Positions 35,311 through 45,600 of a stretch of 64,000 nucleotides of DNA are shown piece by piece. Position 1 is the first letter of the stretch; each line of letters starts with the position of its first letter. The notes below the pieces were generated by a model. The model ran no database searches, was not told where the DNA came from, and saw only the letters and a list, made by a program, of their open reading frames with translations. The stretch spans positions 1,091,868-1,155,867 of the forward strand of contig JAMWBK010000012.1 in the NCBI GenBank assembly GCA_029953675.1. The letters are read 5' to 3'. The stretch is from Rhodosorus marinus CCMP1338. Its lineage: Eukaryota; Plantae; Rhodophyta. The translations under genes were made by a program, and so were the position numbers.

Positions 35311-37653
35311 TTGCGGCGAATACGAAGGCCTGGAAGCAACTCGTCAAGCATGACATTGAATGGGATCCAACGGCGCCACACTCACCAGAAACGAATGCAT
35401 TGTCTGAACGGACAAATCGATCCATACTACTTCTAATCCGATTAGTGATACACCAATCCGGAGTCAATGCGGAACGGTGGACATGGACTCTGCAACTAGT
35501 CCAGAGGCTGTTGAACGGTCTTGCTAGAAAGGGACAACATCAGACAGTGGGCTCTCCTTCTTCGGACACTGTATCTCGGACTCATGCGGTGCTAGATGCG
35601 CTGATACCCTCCTTCCCCAACTGGAGCCGTGAACGCTTTGCCAGATATGAGCGCTGCCTGGTGGTATGGGCTCATAATCCGGATGACACTAGGTGTGTCG
35701 AAGGCGGACAAGAAGGGTTCACTGGAGCGGCACTCCAATTGCAGCCGGTCTCACCTCAGGTGCTCCATTTTTTTGGCACTCGTGAGATCCAGTATGTGCT
35801 CAAGCTGTGGATTTGGCTCGCAAGTTCAGTCCTGCGGCATCAAAAAGTGAACAAGTGGCTACCGCTCTTGTATGAAAATAAGCAAGATTGTTCAGCCTTC
35901 ACAACGATATTTTCGAACACAGGCACATGAACCATTAACAGGCTAAGAACCCAGACCTGAACATGCCACCAAATCGCACGTTGTGGCGGACTGAGGTGGG
36001 GAATTGAGAACACGACAACGCGATCGATACAGAAGAACGCTTACCATTCCATATTATCGTTTCCTGCAATAACAACCCGAGAATCCAAACAATGAAGAAA
36101 GAATACCTCCCAAACCAGGCTAGCCTTCTTAGGTTTCTTGATCAAAGACTGAGGTTCTCCTCGCTGGCTCACAGTGAACTCTTGAGCGTTGCAGTTAAAA
36201 GACACGCCCGCGCAGCAAACCACACATCTCACCAGTGGTCCAATGATCCAATCCACAACTCCGTACAAATTCATCTTCGGGACACGAACCTCGGTTCCGG
36301 CATCCAAAACTCCAAATCCCTTTTCCAAATATTTGAACCGGTTCGAGACATCGGATTCGCCCAATCATTTCAATCAAAAAGGAGACTCAATGCCGGAAAA
36401 GTTTTAATTATTCCCTCAGCAAGGTTGAAATTGACTGATTCTAGACTGTCAATAGTGGTCAATAGTATATGCTCTTTGGTGTTGGTTTTACTAACCTAAG
36501 CCTTAGCGCTTACACGGGGCATAATGTGAAGTATGTCCTAGGGAAAAGGCGTGAAAGCCAAGACGGCGGCGGCGACTCTCGGCTAGTAAGTGCTAGAATG
36601 TTAGTTTTTCGGAATTGACATCTGTGAACGAAGTCGTTCATAGATCGAGACTCCGTGCGGAAGCAGGGCAGTGCTAGAGATACCAGAACAAACACAGAAG
36701 CAAGAAGATATTGAGGAAACAAATGTTGTAAGTTTTTTCCCAAAAGAAATTCCAAGTATGCGGAAGGATAATTGGTGGGTTGGCGACGTGTTTGTCCTGA
36801 ACAAATCACTGGGCGGAGTTAACTCGTGGGCTCGAATACACAAACGGGTGTATTCGCCAGCCCTTTGGGTCAAATCAGTTGACTCGTGATTTTCCCTAGG
36901 GACTTTTAGAGGAAATATCGTAGGGACACACTTGTTTACTGTACCTTCGTCAACTGCCCAGACTCTAATTCCGAACAGTAGTCAAAAGCGTTTGGACTTG
37001 GACTTCACGGACAGATTGTCGCAGTATACCCAGCAATTTAATAAAAGCCAGTTTAATAGAAGCCAGTTTAATAGAGTCGGAGCCCGTGACTGTCTTCCGG
37101 ACTGTTGGGTGTTTTTGAGACTTGGCAAGTTTCCATTCACTTCACATGTGTGCCCTAGTTGGTACTACCATTCCGTTAAACACTTCAATGTCAAGCTATC
37201 TCGAGAAGAGTTCGAAACAAACAAGTAAACCCAGGACACGTGATAACAGGCTCTGCTTCAAGAGAAAAATGCTCGACCAAAACAAACATCTGAGTTGTGA
37301 CACCAGGTTGGACAAGATGGAAGCAGTCAACCAACCCTTTGGCACCTTCCCAATCTATCAAGCAGGGACATTCAGTCGCAAGCAAGAAGTTGTTCAGACA
37401 TAGATCAACCGAAAGAGATTGACAATCCTCATGCTTTTTGTTCAGTGTCCAGTTCCATAATCACGTGTGTAGAAACGTGTAAAGGAGTTTGCCTTTGCTA
37501 TACATTGGAAACTCTCGGAGTCTATAATCCCCTGCTATGTATAATATGGAGTTTTCGAGTTTTCAATCATGAGAAGAGAGGCCGTGGTGGCCATCATGAT
37601 GCACAAGGAACGGGTGAAATAGAAGGTGAGAAATTAAAAGTACGCTGTTCAGG

Positions 37654-38829
37654 ATGTTTTCGCTGACGACGGCCTCTGCGGTGGTAATTGCTTTTTGCAT
37701 TGCGATGACCAGAGCACAAGTCATCAACTTGAACTGCTATGGAGACCTTCACATGCAAGTGCGAAACGCTCCGGTAGGGGCCGAGCTTGTGGGGAGTACA
37801 GGTTGTACCTTTACACTATCTCGAGCGGTTAAGATTATGAAACCTTTGCGCATCAGAAACTTCAGGGCCCAGCTGCGGCCTGGTCTCGGCAATACGGCAG
37901 CGATTGTAATCTCTTCCCGAGGTGTGCAATTAATCGACTTTGAGTTGATCGGGAACAAGCACACAGTGTCATTCGAGGATCGGGAGTCTCTTCTTCGCAT
38001 AAACGCAGGAGGCTTTTCAATTGTGAGCGGTGCATTCGTCAACTCATCCAGGGATGGGATTACTGTTGTACCGGCGAGAAGCACTCGCACAGCAATCAAT
38101 GCCGGTTCGATAAGAAACATTTATGGTTATGGCGTCGAAAGAGATGTTGTGGCTATCAACTCACGCCATGGACTAGTTACTTCCAAGATCTACATAAGTG
38201 GAGTCGAGGTGTATGACAGTGCACAGAAGGGCGCCGTGGAAGTCGCTGATGGATGTCAGTGGATACATGTTCAAGATGTATTCTGTGAACGATGCTTCTA
38301 CGTTGTTTCTATCCAAGATCATATCCCGAGATGGGCCGAAGATGACCCAGAGAGTCAAATGCAAGCCAACCATCATATCCGGTTCTATAACATTCGAGGA
38401 AGAGATCTCATGTACGGTGTTATCTCCGAAACGAGCCCAATAGGACACTCGGATATAATTTTTAGTAGTCTCGCCTTCTCGGATTGTAGACAAGCTGTAT
38501 ACCTGAGATATTTGAACAGCGTCAGTGTGAGATTCCTAAGGATCGAGCGGCCAAAGACTGGCAGCCCCCTAGTTTTGGCTGAGGCATGTAATCGGGTCTC
38601 ATTGAGCAATGCAGTCTTCCGAAATAGTACGCACAGAGGAATTGCAATCGCGACGAATGACTGTACTGAGCTCTACGTGGGATCCGTTGTACTAGAACGT
38701 GACACCCAGTTCTGGGCAGGGTTAAGGGTTGAGGTTGCTCCTTCATTTATAGGCATTCCTGTTACTGCTGCGTATAATCGCTTTGATGCAGCTAGGAACG
38801 GTGAGATCATCCAACGTTTTAGTGGGTGA
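37654..38829 (+). CDS. Secreted protein, probable right-handed beta-helix (pectin-lyase-like) fold
   Basis: Signal peptide, 391-aa open frame, recurring alternating beta-strand pattern (DGITV, DVVAI, GAVEV, IRFYNIRG); function not assignable. Confidence 0.75.
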   Translation: MFSLTTASAVVIAFCIAMTRAQVINLNCYGDLHMQVRNAPVGAELVGSTGCTFTLSRAVKIMKPLRIRNFRAQLRPGLGNTAAIVISSRGVQLIDFELIGNKHTVSFEDRESLLRINAGGFSIVSGAFVNSSRDGITVVPARSTRTAINAGSIRNIYGYGVERDVVAINSRHGLVTSKIYISGVEVYDSAQKGAVEVADGCQWIHVQDVFCERCFYVVSIQDHIPRWAEDDPESQMQANHHIRFYNIRGRDLMYGVISETSPIGHSDIIFSSLAFSDCRQAVYLRYLNSVSVRFLRIERPKTGSPLVLAEACNRVSLSNAVFRNSTHRGIAIATNDCTELYVGSVVLERDTQFWAGLRVEVAPSFIGIPVTAAYNRFDAARNGEIIQRFSG

Positions 38830-39190
38830 GCCGTTCCTGAAAATAGTTTTACGAACACTCGGGTGGTCCTTCTCTATGTTGACTACCAGCAACAAATTGT
38901 TTTTTCCTTTGAAGCGTCAAAATCTGCTATTTTTAAACCTCCTACTAGGATAGTAGGAGAGATCCTAGGAGCAGTTGCAATAAGTGGGAGAGTACTACCT
39001 AGCCGATGTGAACCTTTCGCTTCATCCCAGACTAACGTAAAGCTCAGTAAACAAATTCAGTCAGTTCACATTCCGTCAAGTCCAATCCAAATGATTTTAG
39101 AGATTGAACTTAAGCCAATAAATAAATAAACAGTAAACGGAATTTTTTTTTTTTCAAAAACAGGTGGTTTCACTAGAGGTGGTGGTGGTT

Positions 39191-41282
39191 TTACTGGACT
39201 TTACTAGCATAGCCTGAAGCGCTACGCAGGGCGTGAAGATGAGCTAATAACTAGGGAGGGAAGCATGCAACCCCAGGCGCCGATGGTGCGCCTCGGAAAG
39301 CATGTCGCTGGAATATCGCCAAAGGGAGACACTTAAACGCCTCAAGAACGAATGGTTTAATCGGGGCTGAAAAAAAAAACCCCGAGGGGAAAAAAAGACT
39401 AAGCGCGGCGAAGTACTCGCGCCTCCAACATCAAAGCGGCATTCATGCGCCACAGCAGGAAACTTAAGCGGGTAAACAACGATTGAAGACGGTCAGGGCG
39501 TTCGCGGAACAACTCCCGAAGCCAGCGAGAACCAACAGAGTCCATGAACCCAAAGCACTCAATGATCAGGGGTACCAAGCGATGTGCTAGTGCCGAAGCA
39601 CGAACACCAGGGGAAGACAAAGCCCCCGCGTATTTGATCTCTTTGCGGCGTCTCATGCTGGCGGCGGCAGATCCACGGCGCTCCCCCGCAGCCGGGAGAT
39701 AACGACTAGCTTGAGGGTTAGGAACAGCAAGATCAACGTATGTGGTACGGCGGCTGTCGTCACAGGTGATCACCAGGTCGGCTACACGGCGTTCATCATT
39801 TTGAAAGTCCGCGACGGGTAAAGGTTTCTCACGTTCGATTTCCAGACCGGCTTGCCGGACTATAGGCCGAAGTTCCCGGTATAACAGGTTCAAGATCCGT
39901 GTATGGCGGCGGGTTCGAGCACCTTTCACCGCCGGGCAACTAGCGAGCATGTGGGCGCCAAAATCTGCGTTGTCTTCAGTCTGAGAGCAGAGAGGGCACG
40001 ACGAACCAATCTCGTACGGCCAAGGGGGCTGATGTAAGCCGAGGTATAAGCGCAGGGAAGTACGCACTTCGAAATCCGACAGTGTGAGTGGCGGAAAGGC
40101 TGGTACGGTCATGAGCCACTGAGAGCTAATAACCCCTCCAAGACTACGTAGGCGGGCGCGAGCGCGGGAAGATGAGACCATCTGCGCGAGGAGTCGGCCA
40201 TATGAAGCACGGTGCAAGTCCCAAGAAAGGATATTCTGCAGCGCATCCGTGCGTGCTTGAGCTCGGCTCCCAGCGCGCTGGGAATCATCAGGAGGATCAA
40301 CTGGAACTTCTTCTTCTGCGGGAGAGCGCCAAACATTCAGTAGGATGCTCAGCAAAACATTTCCGCAACCACTCTAAACCCGACTTATCCACGTGACCAA
40401 AGCTTTCCACAATGAATGGCTGGAACCGGTGAGAGCGACCCTCAGCGCAAGGCAGACTGGCCATGCTCTCAGCATACCGTCGTTCCTTAACTCTTCGAAC
40501 GGTTGAAGCCGCGGCCCCCCCGGCGGCGGGCGGCTGCGGTGAGGTGGGCGCTGGCCCCGGGGCAGGTAATCGCAAGGTCCACATATGTTGAGCGTCTGGC
40601 AGCAGCGTCGGAGACGAGGAGATCGGCTATACAACGGGGCGGTGCAGAGTCCGAGATTGATCTGGGCAGTTCCGACTCAACCTCAACCGTATGCCCTATC
40701 CGAGTCAAAAATTCGCTGAGGATGTACTTGAGGCGAGTGTGACGCCTCGTACGGAGACCTCTCAACAGTCCGCAGGAACCCAGGAAGTGGTAGCCACAAG
40801 CGTCAATCCGACTCTCACATCCCTGACAGAAAGACGGCCGATTAGAGTGCCACGGAGCCAGTGGCAAACCGAGATAGATCCGTGCGGCAGAACGGAACTG
40901 GAAAGCATCGAGCGGATGACTCAATGACGACGGTAGAGTGGTTAACCACAAGTGCGAGAGATGGCCTCCCATGCCGCGGAGACGAGCGGCAGTGATAGGC
41001 GGCGTGAGAGGAGAATTGAGCATGACTGTGTGAGCGGCACTGTGTTGGCCCCAGGTGAGGCTATGTTGAATCACATCAGTGCGGGAGCTCCACAATCGGC
41101 TCAAACCCGGGTAGTCTGCAACAGGGGACCCGGGGCTAGCCTCTCCGTCATCGGCAAGAACTCGGTCGAGGGGAGAATCCTCAATCGCTTCAGCTCGTCC
41201 CCATAACAGCTCCCTCCAGGAACGAAAGCGGGACCTATTTGCGTCCGGCACGGCGTTAAACCTCCTGAACGCGTGTTGAAGA
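39191..41282 (-). mobile_element. 5'-truncated family C element split by a family B insertion
   Basis: C sequence ctcaaga|gcgcc resumes at 40323 after the B block; tail ttactggactttactagc at ~39191. Confidence 0.9.
39348..40321 (-). mobile_element. 5'-truncated family B element nested in family C
   Basis: Near-identical to 16455-17430; AGA duplicated at 39345-39347 and 40323-40325. Confidence 0.92.
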
Positions 41283-42320
41283 GACTGAACTAGAGCGGGA
41301 GGTTTCGGCAGAACGCTCACCAGACACATACGAGCCGTCGGAGCAACGATGGTCGACTGCACAGCTGGCGGACCAGATCTGTGCATAGTCGCGAACAATA
41401 CAACGGAGGCTCGGACCAGAAACCCCGCCGCGGATCTCGGTTTTTGCAGGGTAACTACCCTGCAAAAACCGCGAGAAACATCTCTTCGAAGCGCACCGGG
41501 CGAGACTGCAGCTTGGAATAATGGTTCAATACATCAAACCCTCTCTCGAGAGGCACACCATTGTTCATTCCAAAGCTTGGTCACCAACCCACGAATCTCC
41601 CCTGAAAACCGAGCTCGAATACGGTCCGCCGCGGGATCCGGGTCGGGAGTCTGGCTGCGTGAAATACCAACGCTGACACCGAAAAAATTGAGTGCGGTTG
41701 AGATGCAGGTAAACGTTCGACAAGTGCTGGGGCCGCCAATTCCGGGATTGTTGACCACCGAGAAGTGCACTAGTTGCCGGAGTAAAAACGGAAGGACTGG
41801 GGTACAACGGTTTCATCACTGCCCAACATCAACTGGACTGTGGCAACGTAGGCACGACGAAATCTGCAGAGAGTTGGCAAGGTGGCTGAGGCGATGGCGG
41901 ATACGCGGCGAGAGCTGCGGAGAAGTGGAAAATCGCTCACTTCAAGGAAGCGATGGTGATCGAGAAACCGGATGACAAGTTCATCCCGATAGCGATAGAG
42001 ACGTTTGGGCGTACGGGGCAAATGGCACAAGAGTTCCTCCGCGACAGCTGCAAACACTTACTACACAGGAGTGAGGAGCCGAGAGACGTGAGATCGCAGA
42101 TAAACCGGCAACTATGGCGAGGTAACGCAGAGATAGCACTAGGCGCTTTGCGCGTGGACCAGTTGGAGAATCCGCTGGTGCCCGTTTTTTCTTTTGAACG
42201 TAGCATGAGACCCCGGTAGCGGGGTTCCAGTAAGTTTCTCCCTAGATAGGATTAGACGTAGTGTTGCGCTGCAGTAGGCAGCTGCCCAGTACAGCTTACG
42301 GTTACGTTATTCTGGGGTTA
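41283..42320 (+). mobile_element. Family A 3' fragment (knuckle, RLE, 3' UTR) ending in telomeric repeats
   Basis: CTSC...RFHHC, RRHDE, PIAIETFG; ends ggttacgttattctggggtta. Confidence 0.9.
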
Positions 42321-42618
42321 GTGCAGGCTTTGCCACGTCTTGGGGTAAGAGAGAAGATTTTGGACGGCCTTGTTTGTGGAAAACAACGGTAAAAGTTTAT
42401 ACACAGTTACACGTATGATTGTGAGGGAGGTACGCGGGCCGTACCCCGAACCTCTTGTGATCCCGGGCCTCGGGTACCCGGGAAATGGAGAATGAGCACC
42501 AGCAACAGCCTGCAGGAGACGCGCAGGAAGCTAGGACCATCGCAGATCTGAATTCATAAAACAGAGCAGAGAGGCAGGCTGCAGCCGACCCAGCCGCCGC
42601 TTTTCTCCATCAGCTACG
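42321..42618 (+). mobile_element. Family A 5' fragment (start of ORF1, ATG 42415), truncated
   Basis: atgattgtgagggaggtacgcgggccgtaccccgaacctcttgt is identical to 127-170. Confidence 0.85.
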
Positions 42619-42699
42619 ACCGAAAAAGAAACAAAACCCCAATCCTCGACAACAACTCCTCCCACTTACTATACATTGATCCACTTCGTAACCCCTTAC

Positions 42700-45600
42700 T
42701 ACTGGACTTTACTGGACTTTACTGGACTGGACTTTACTAGCATAGCCTGAAGCGCTACGCAAGGCGTGAAGATGAACTAATAACTAGGGAGGGAAGCATG
42801 CAACCCCAGGCGCCGATGGCGCGCCTCGGAAAGCATGTCGCTGGAATATCGCCTAAGGGAGACACTTAAACGCCTCAAGAGCGCCAAATATTCAGTAGGA
42901 TGCTCAGCAAAACATTTCCGCAACCACTCTAAACCCGACTTATCCACGTGACCAAAGCTTTCCACAATGAATGGCTGGAACCGGTGAGAGCGACCCTCAG
43001 CGCAAGGCAGACTGGCCATGCTCTCAGCATACCGTCGTTCCTTAACTCTTCGAAGGGCTGAAGCCGCGGCCCCCCGGCGGCGGGCGGCTGCGGTGAGGTG
43101 GGCGCTGGCCACGGGGCAGGTAATCGCAAGGTCCACATATGTTGAGCGTCTGGCAGCAGCGTCGGAGACGAGGAGATCGGCTATACAACGGGGCGGTGCA
43201 GAGTCCGAGATGGATCTGGGCAGTTCCGACTCAACCTCAACCGTATGCCCTATCCGAGTCAAAGATTCGCTGAGGATGTACTTGAGGCGAGTGTGACGCC
43301 TCGTACGGAGACCTCGCAACAGTCCGCAGAAACCCAGGAAGTGGTAGCCACAAGCGTCAATCCGGCTCTCACATCCCTGACAGAAAGACGGCCGATTAGA
43401 GTGCCACGGAGCCTGTGGCAAACCGAGATAGATCCGTGCGGCAGAACGGAACTGGAAAGCATCGAGACGATGACTCAATGACGACGGTAGAGTGGTTAAC
43501 CACAAGTGCGAGAGGTGGCCTCCCATGCCGCGGAGACGAGCGGCAGTGGTAGGCGGCGTGAGAGGAGAATTGAGCATGACTGTGTGAGCGGCACTGTGTT
43601 GGCCCCAGGTGAGGCTATGTTGAATCACATCAGTGCGGGAGCTCCACAATCGGCTCAAACCCGGGTAGTCTGCAACAGGGGACCCGGGGATAGCCTCTCC
43701 GTCATCGGCAAGAACTCGGTCGAGGGGACAATCATCAATCGCTTCAGCTCGTCCCCATAACAGCTCCCTCCAGGAACGAAAGCGGGACCGATTTGCGTCC
43801 GGCACGGCGTTGCACCTCCTGAACGCGTGTTGAAGACCATCATAAATTGTCAAAAGCGGGGGCGGCAGGGTCACTGGATCCTCGTTGGTCAAAGCTCGAG
43901 CCAAGAGGCAGGCACTTCGCATCCGGAAGGTCACCAACGTTCGCAGCGCGGTAGCCCAGGAGGCAACCGCCGCTGGCGAGCATACCAGCCCACGGTCTGC
44001 GACGCCGAATCCCCCTAATCGCAACGGTAGAGCGATCTGTGCACGAATAAAGTCCCTGTCGGGAGCAGCTTCAAGATCGAGGGGCTCATCCAAGAGCGTT
44101 CCCCAGTGTTGCAGGGTCATTTCGTCGGCTTTAGCCGCGATCCACGAGCCCCAAGCTGGAGGCAGGCTGCGCAACCAGTAGTTGAGTCTGGGACCGGCAC
44201 AAAAGCGGGAAAGCAAGCAGGCCGATTGCAGCATGCTGTCGGGTAGGTGCTGAATGGCGTCGGTGAGTTGCTTGTGCCGTGCCAAAACTCGCTCGCAGGA
44301 TGCTTGGACAAAGTTGTCAGTCCCCAATCCGACGCCGTGGTGTTCGAACCCTTCACGTTCGCTGATTAGTCGCAGAGTGGGTGGCAGAGAGGTCAGCGAC
44401 ACGTCCCTCGGGGGGAGAAAGCGACATTTTTCTGTTTCCACAGTCAAACCGACGCGACGTGCAACGTGCAACGCCGTGCAAGCGGCCTTTACTAGCATAG
44501 CCTGAAGCGCTACGCAAGGCGTGAAGATGAACTAATAACTAGGGAGGGAAGCATGCAACCCCAGGCGCCGATGGCGCGCCTCGGAAAGCAGGACTTTACT
44601 AGCATAGCCTGAAGCGCTACGCAAGGCGTGAAGATGAACTAATAACTAGGGAGGGAAGCATGCAACCCCAGGCGCCGATGGCGCGCCTCGGAAAGCATGT
44701 CGCTGGAATATCGCAAAGGGAGACACTTAAACGCCTCAAGAGCGCCAAATATTCAGTAGGATGCTCAGCAAAACATTTCCGCAACCACTCTAAACCCGAC
44801 TTATCCACGTGACCAAAGCTTTCCACAATGAATGGCTGGAACCGGTGAGAGCGACCCTCAGCGCGAGGAAGACTGGCCATGCTCTCAGCATACCGTCGTT
44901 CCTTAACTCTTCGAAGGGCTGAAGCCGCGGCCCCCCGGCGGCGGGCGGCTGCGGTGAGGTGGGCGCTGGCCACGGGGCAGGTAATCGCAAGGTCCACATA
45001 TGTTGAGCGTCTGGCAGCAGCGTCGGAGACGAGGAGATCGGCTACACAACGGGGCGGTGCAGAGTCCGAGATGGATCTGGGCAGTTCCGACTCAACCTCA
45101 ACCGTATGCCCTATCCGAGTCAAAAATTCGCTGAGGATGTACTTGAGGCGAGTGTGACGCCTCGTACGGAGACCTCGCAACAGTCCGCAGGAACCCAGGA
45201 AGTGGTAGCCACAAGCGTCAATCCGGCTCTCACATCCCTGACAGAAAGACGGCCGATTAGAGTGCCACGGAGCCTGTGGCAAACCGAGATAGATCCGTGC
45301 GGCAGAACGGAACTGGAAAGCATCGAGACGATGACTCAATGACGACGGTAGAGTGGTTAACCACAAGTGCGAGAGGTGGCCTCCCATGCCGCGGAGACGA
45401 GCGGCAGTGGTAGGCGGCGTGAGAGGAGAATTGAGCATGACTGTGTGAGCGGCACTGTGTTGGCCCCAGGTGAGGCTATGTTGAATCACATCAGTGCGGG
45501 AGCTCCACAATCGGCTCAAACCCGGGTAGTCTGCAACAGAGGACCCGGGGATAGCCTCTCCGTCATCGGCAAGAACTCGGTCGAGGGGAGAATCCTCAAT

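Larger units (their letters stand above)
34142..36500 (+). mobile_element. Ty1/copia remnant: one LTR (34142-34369), PBS, integrase and RT fragments
   Basis: TGTTGGAA...TTCCAACA termini; GGGTATGAGCCCAGC follows; TAPHSPETNALSERTNR and RTDG copia integrase motifs; IGFAQS RT-like remnant; no second LTR found. Confidence 0.78.

Noticed and set aside
36500-37600. Short ORFs and a 15-bp triple repeat upstream of the beta-helix gene
   Set aside because: No homology cues or consistent frame
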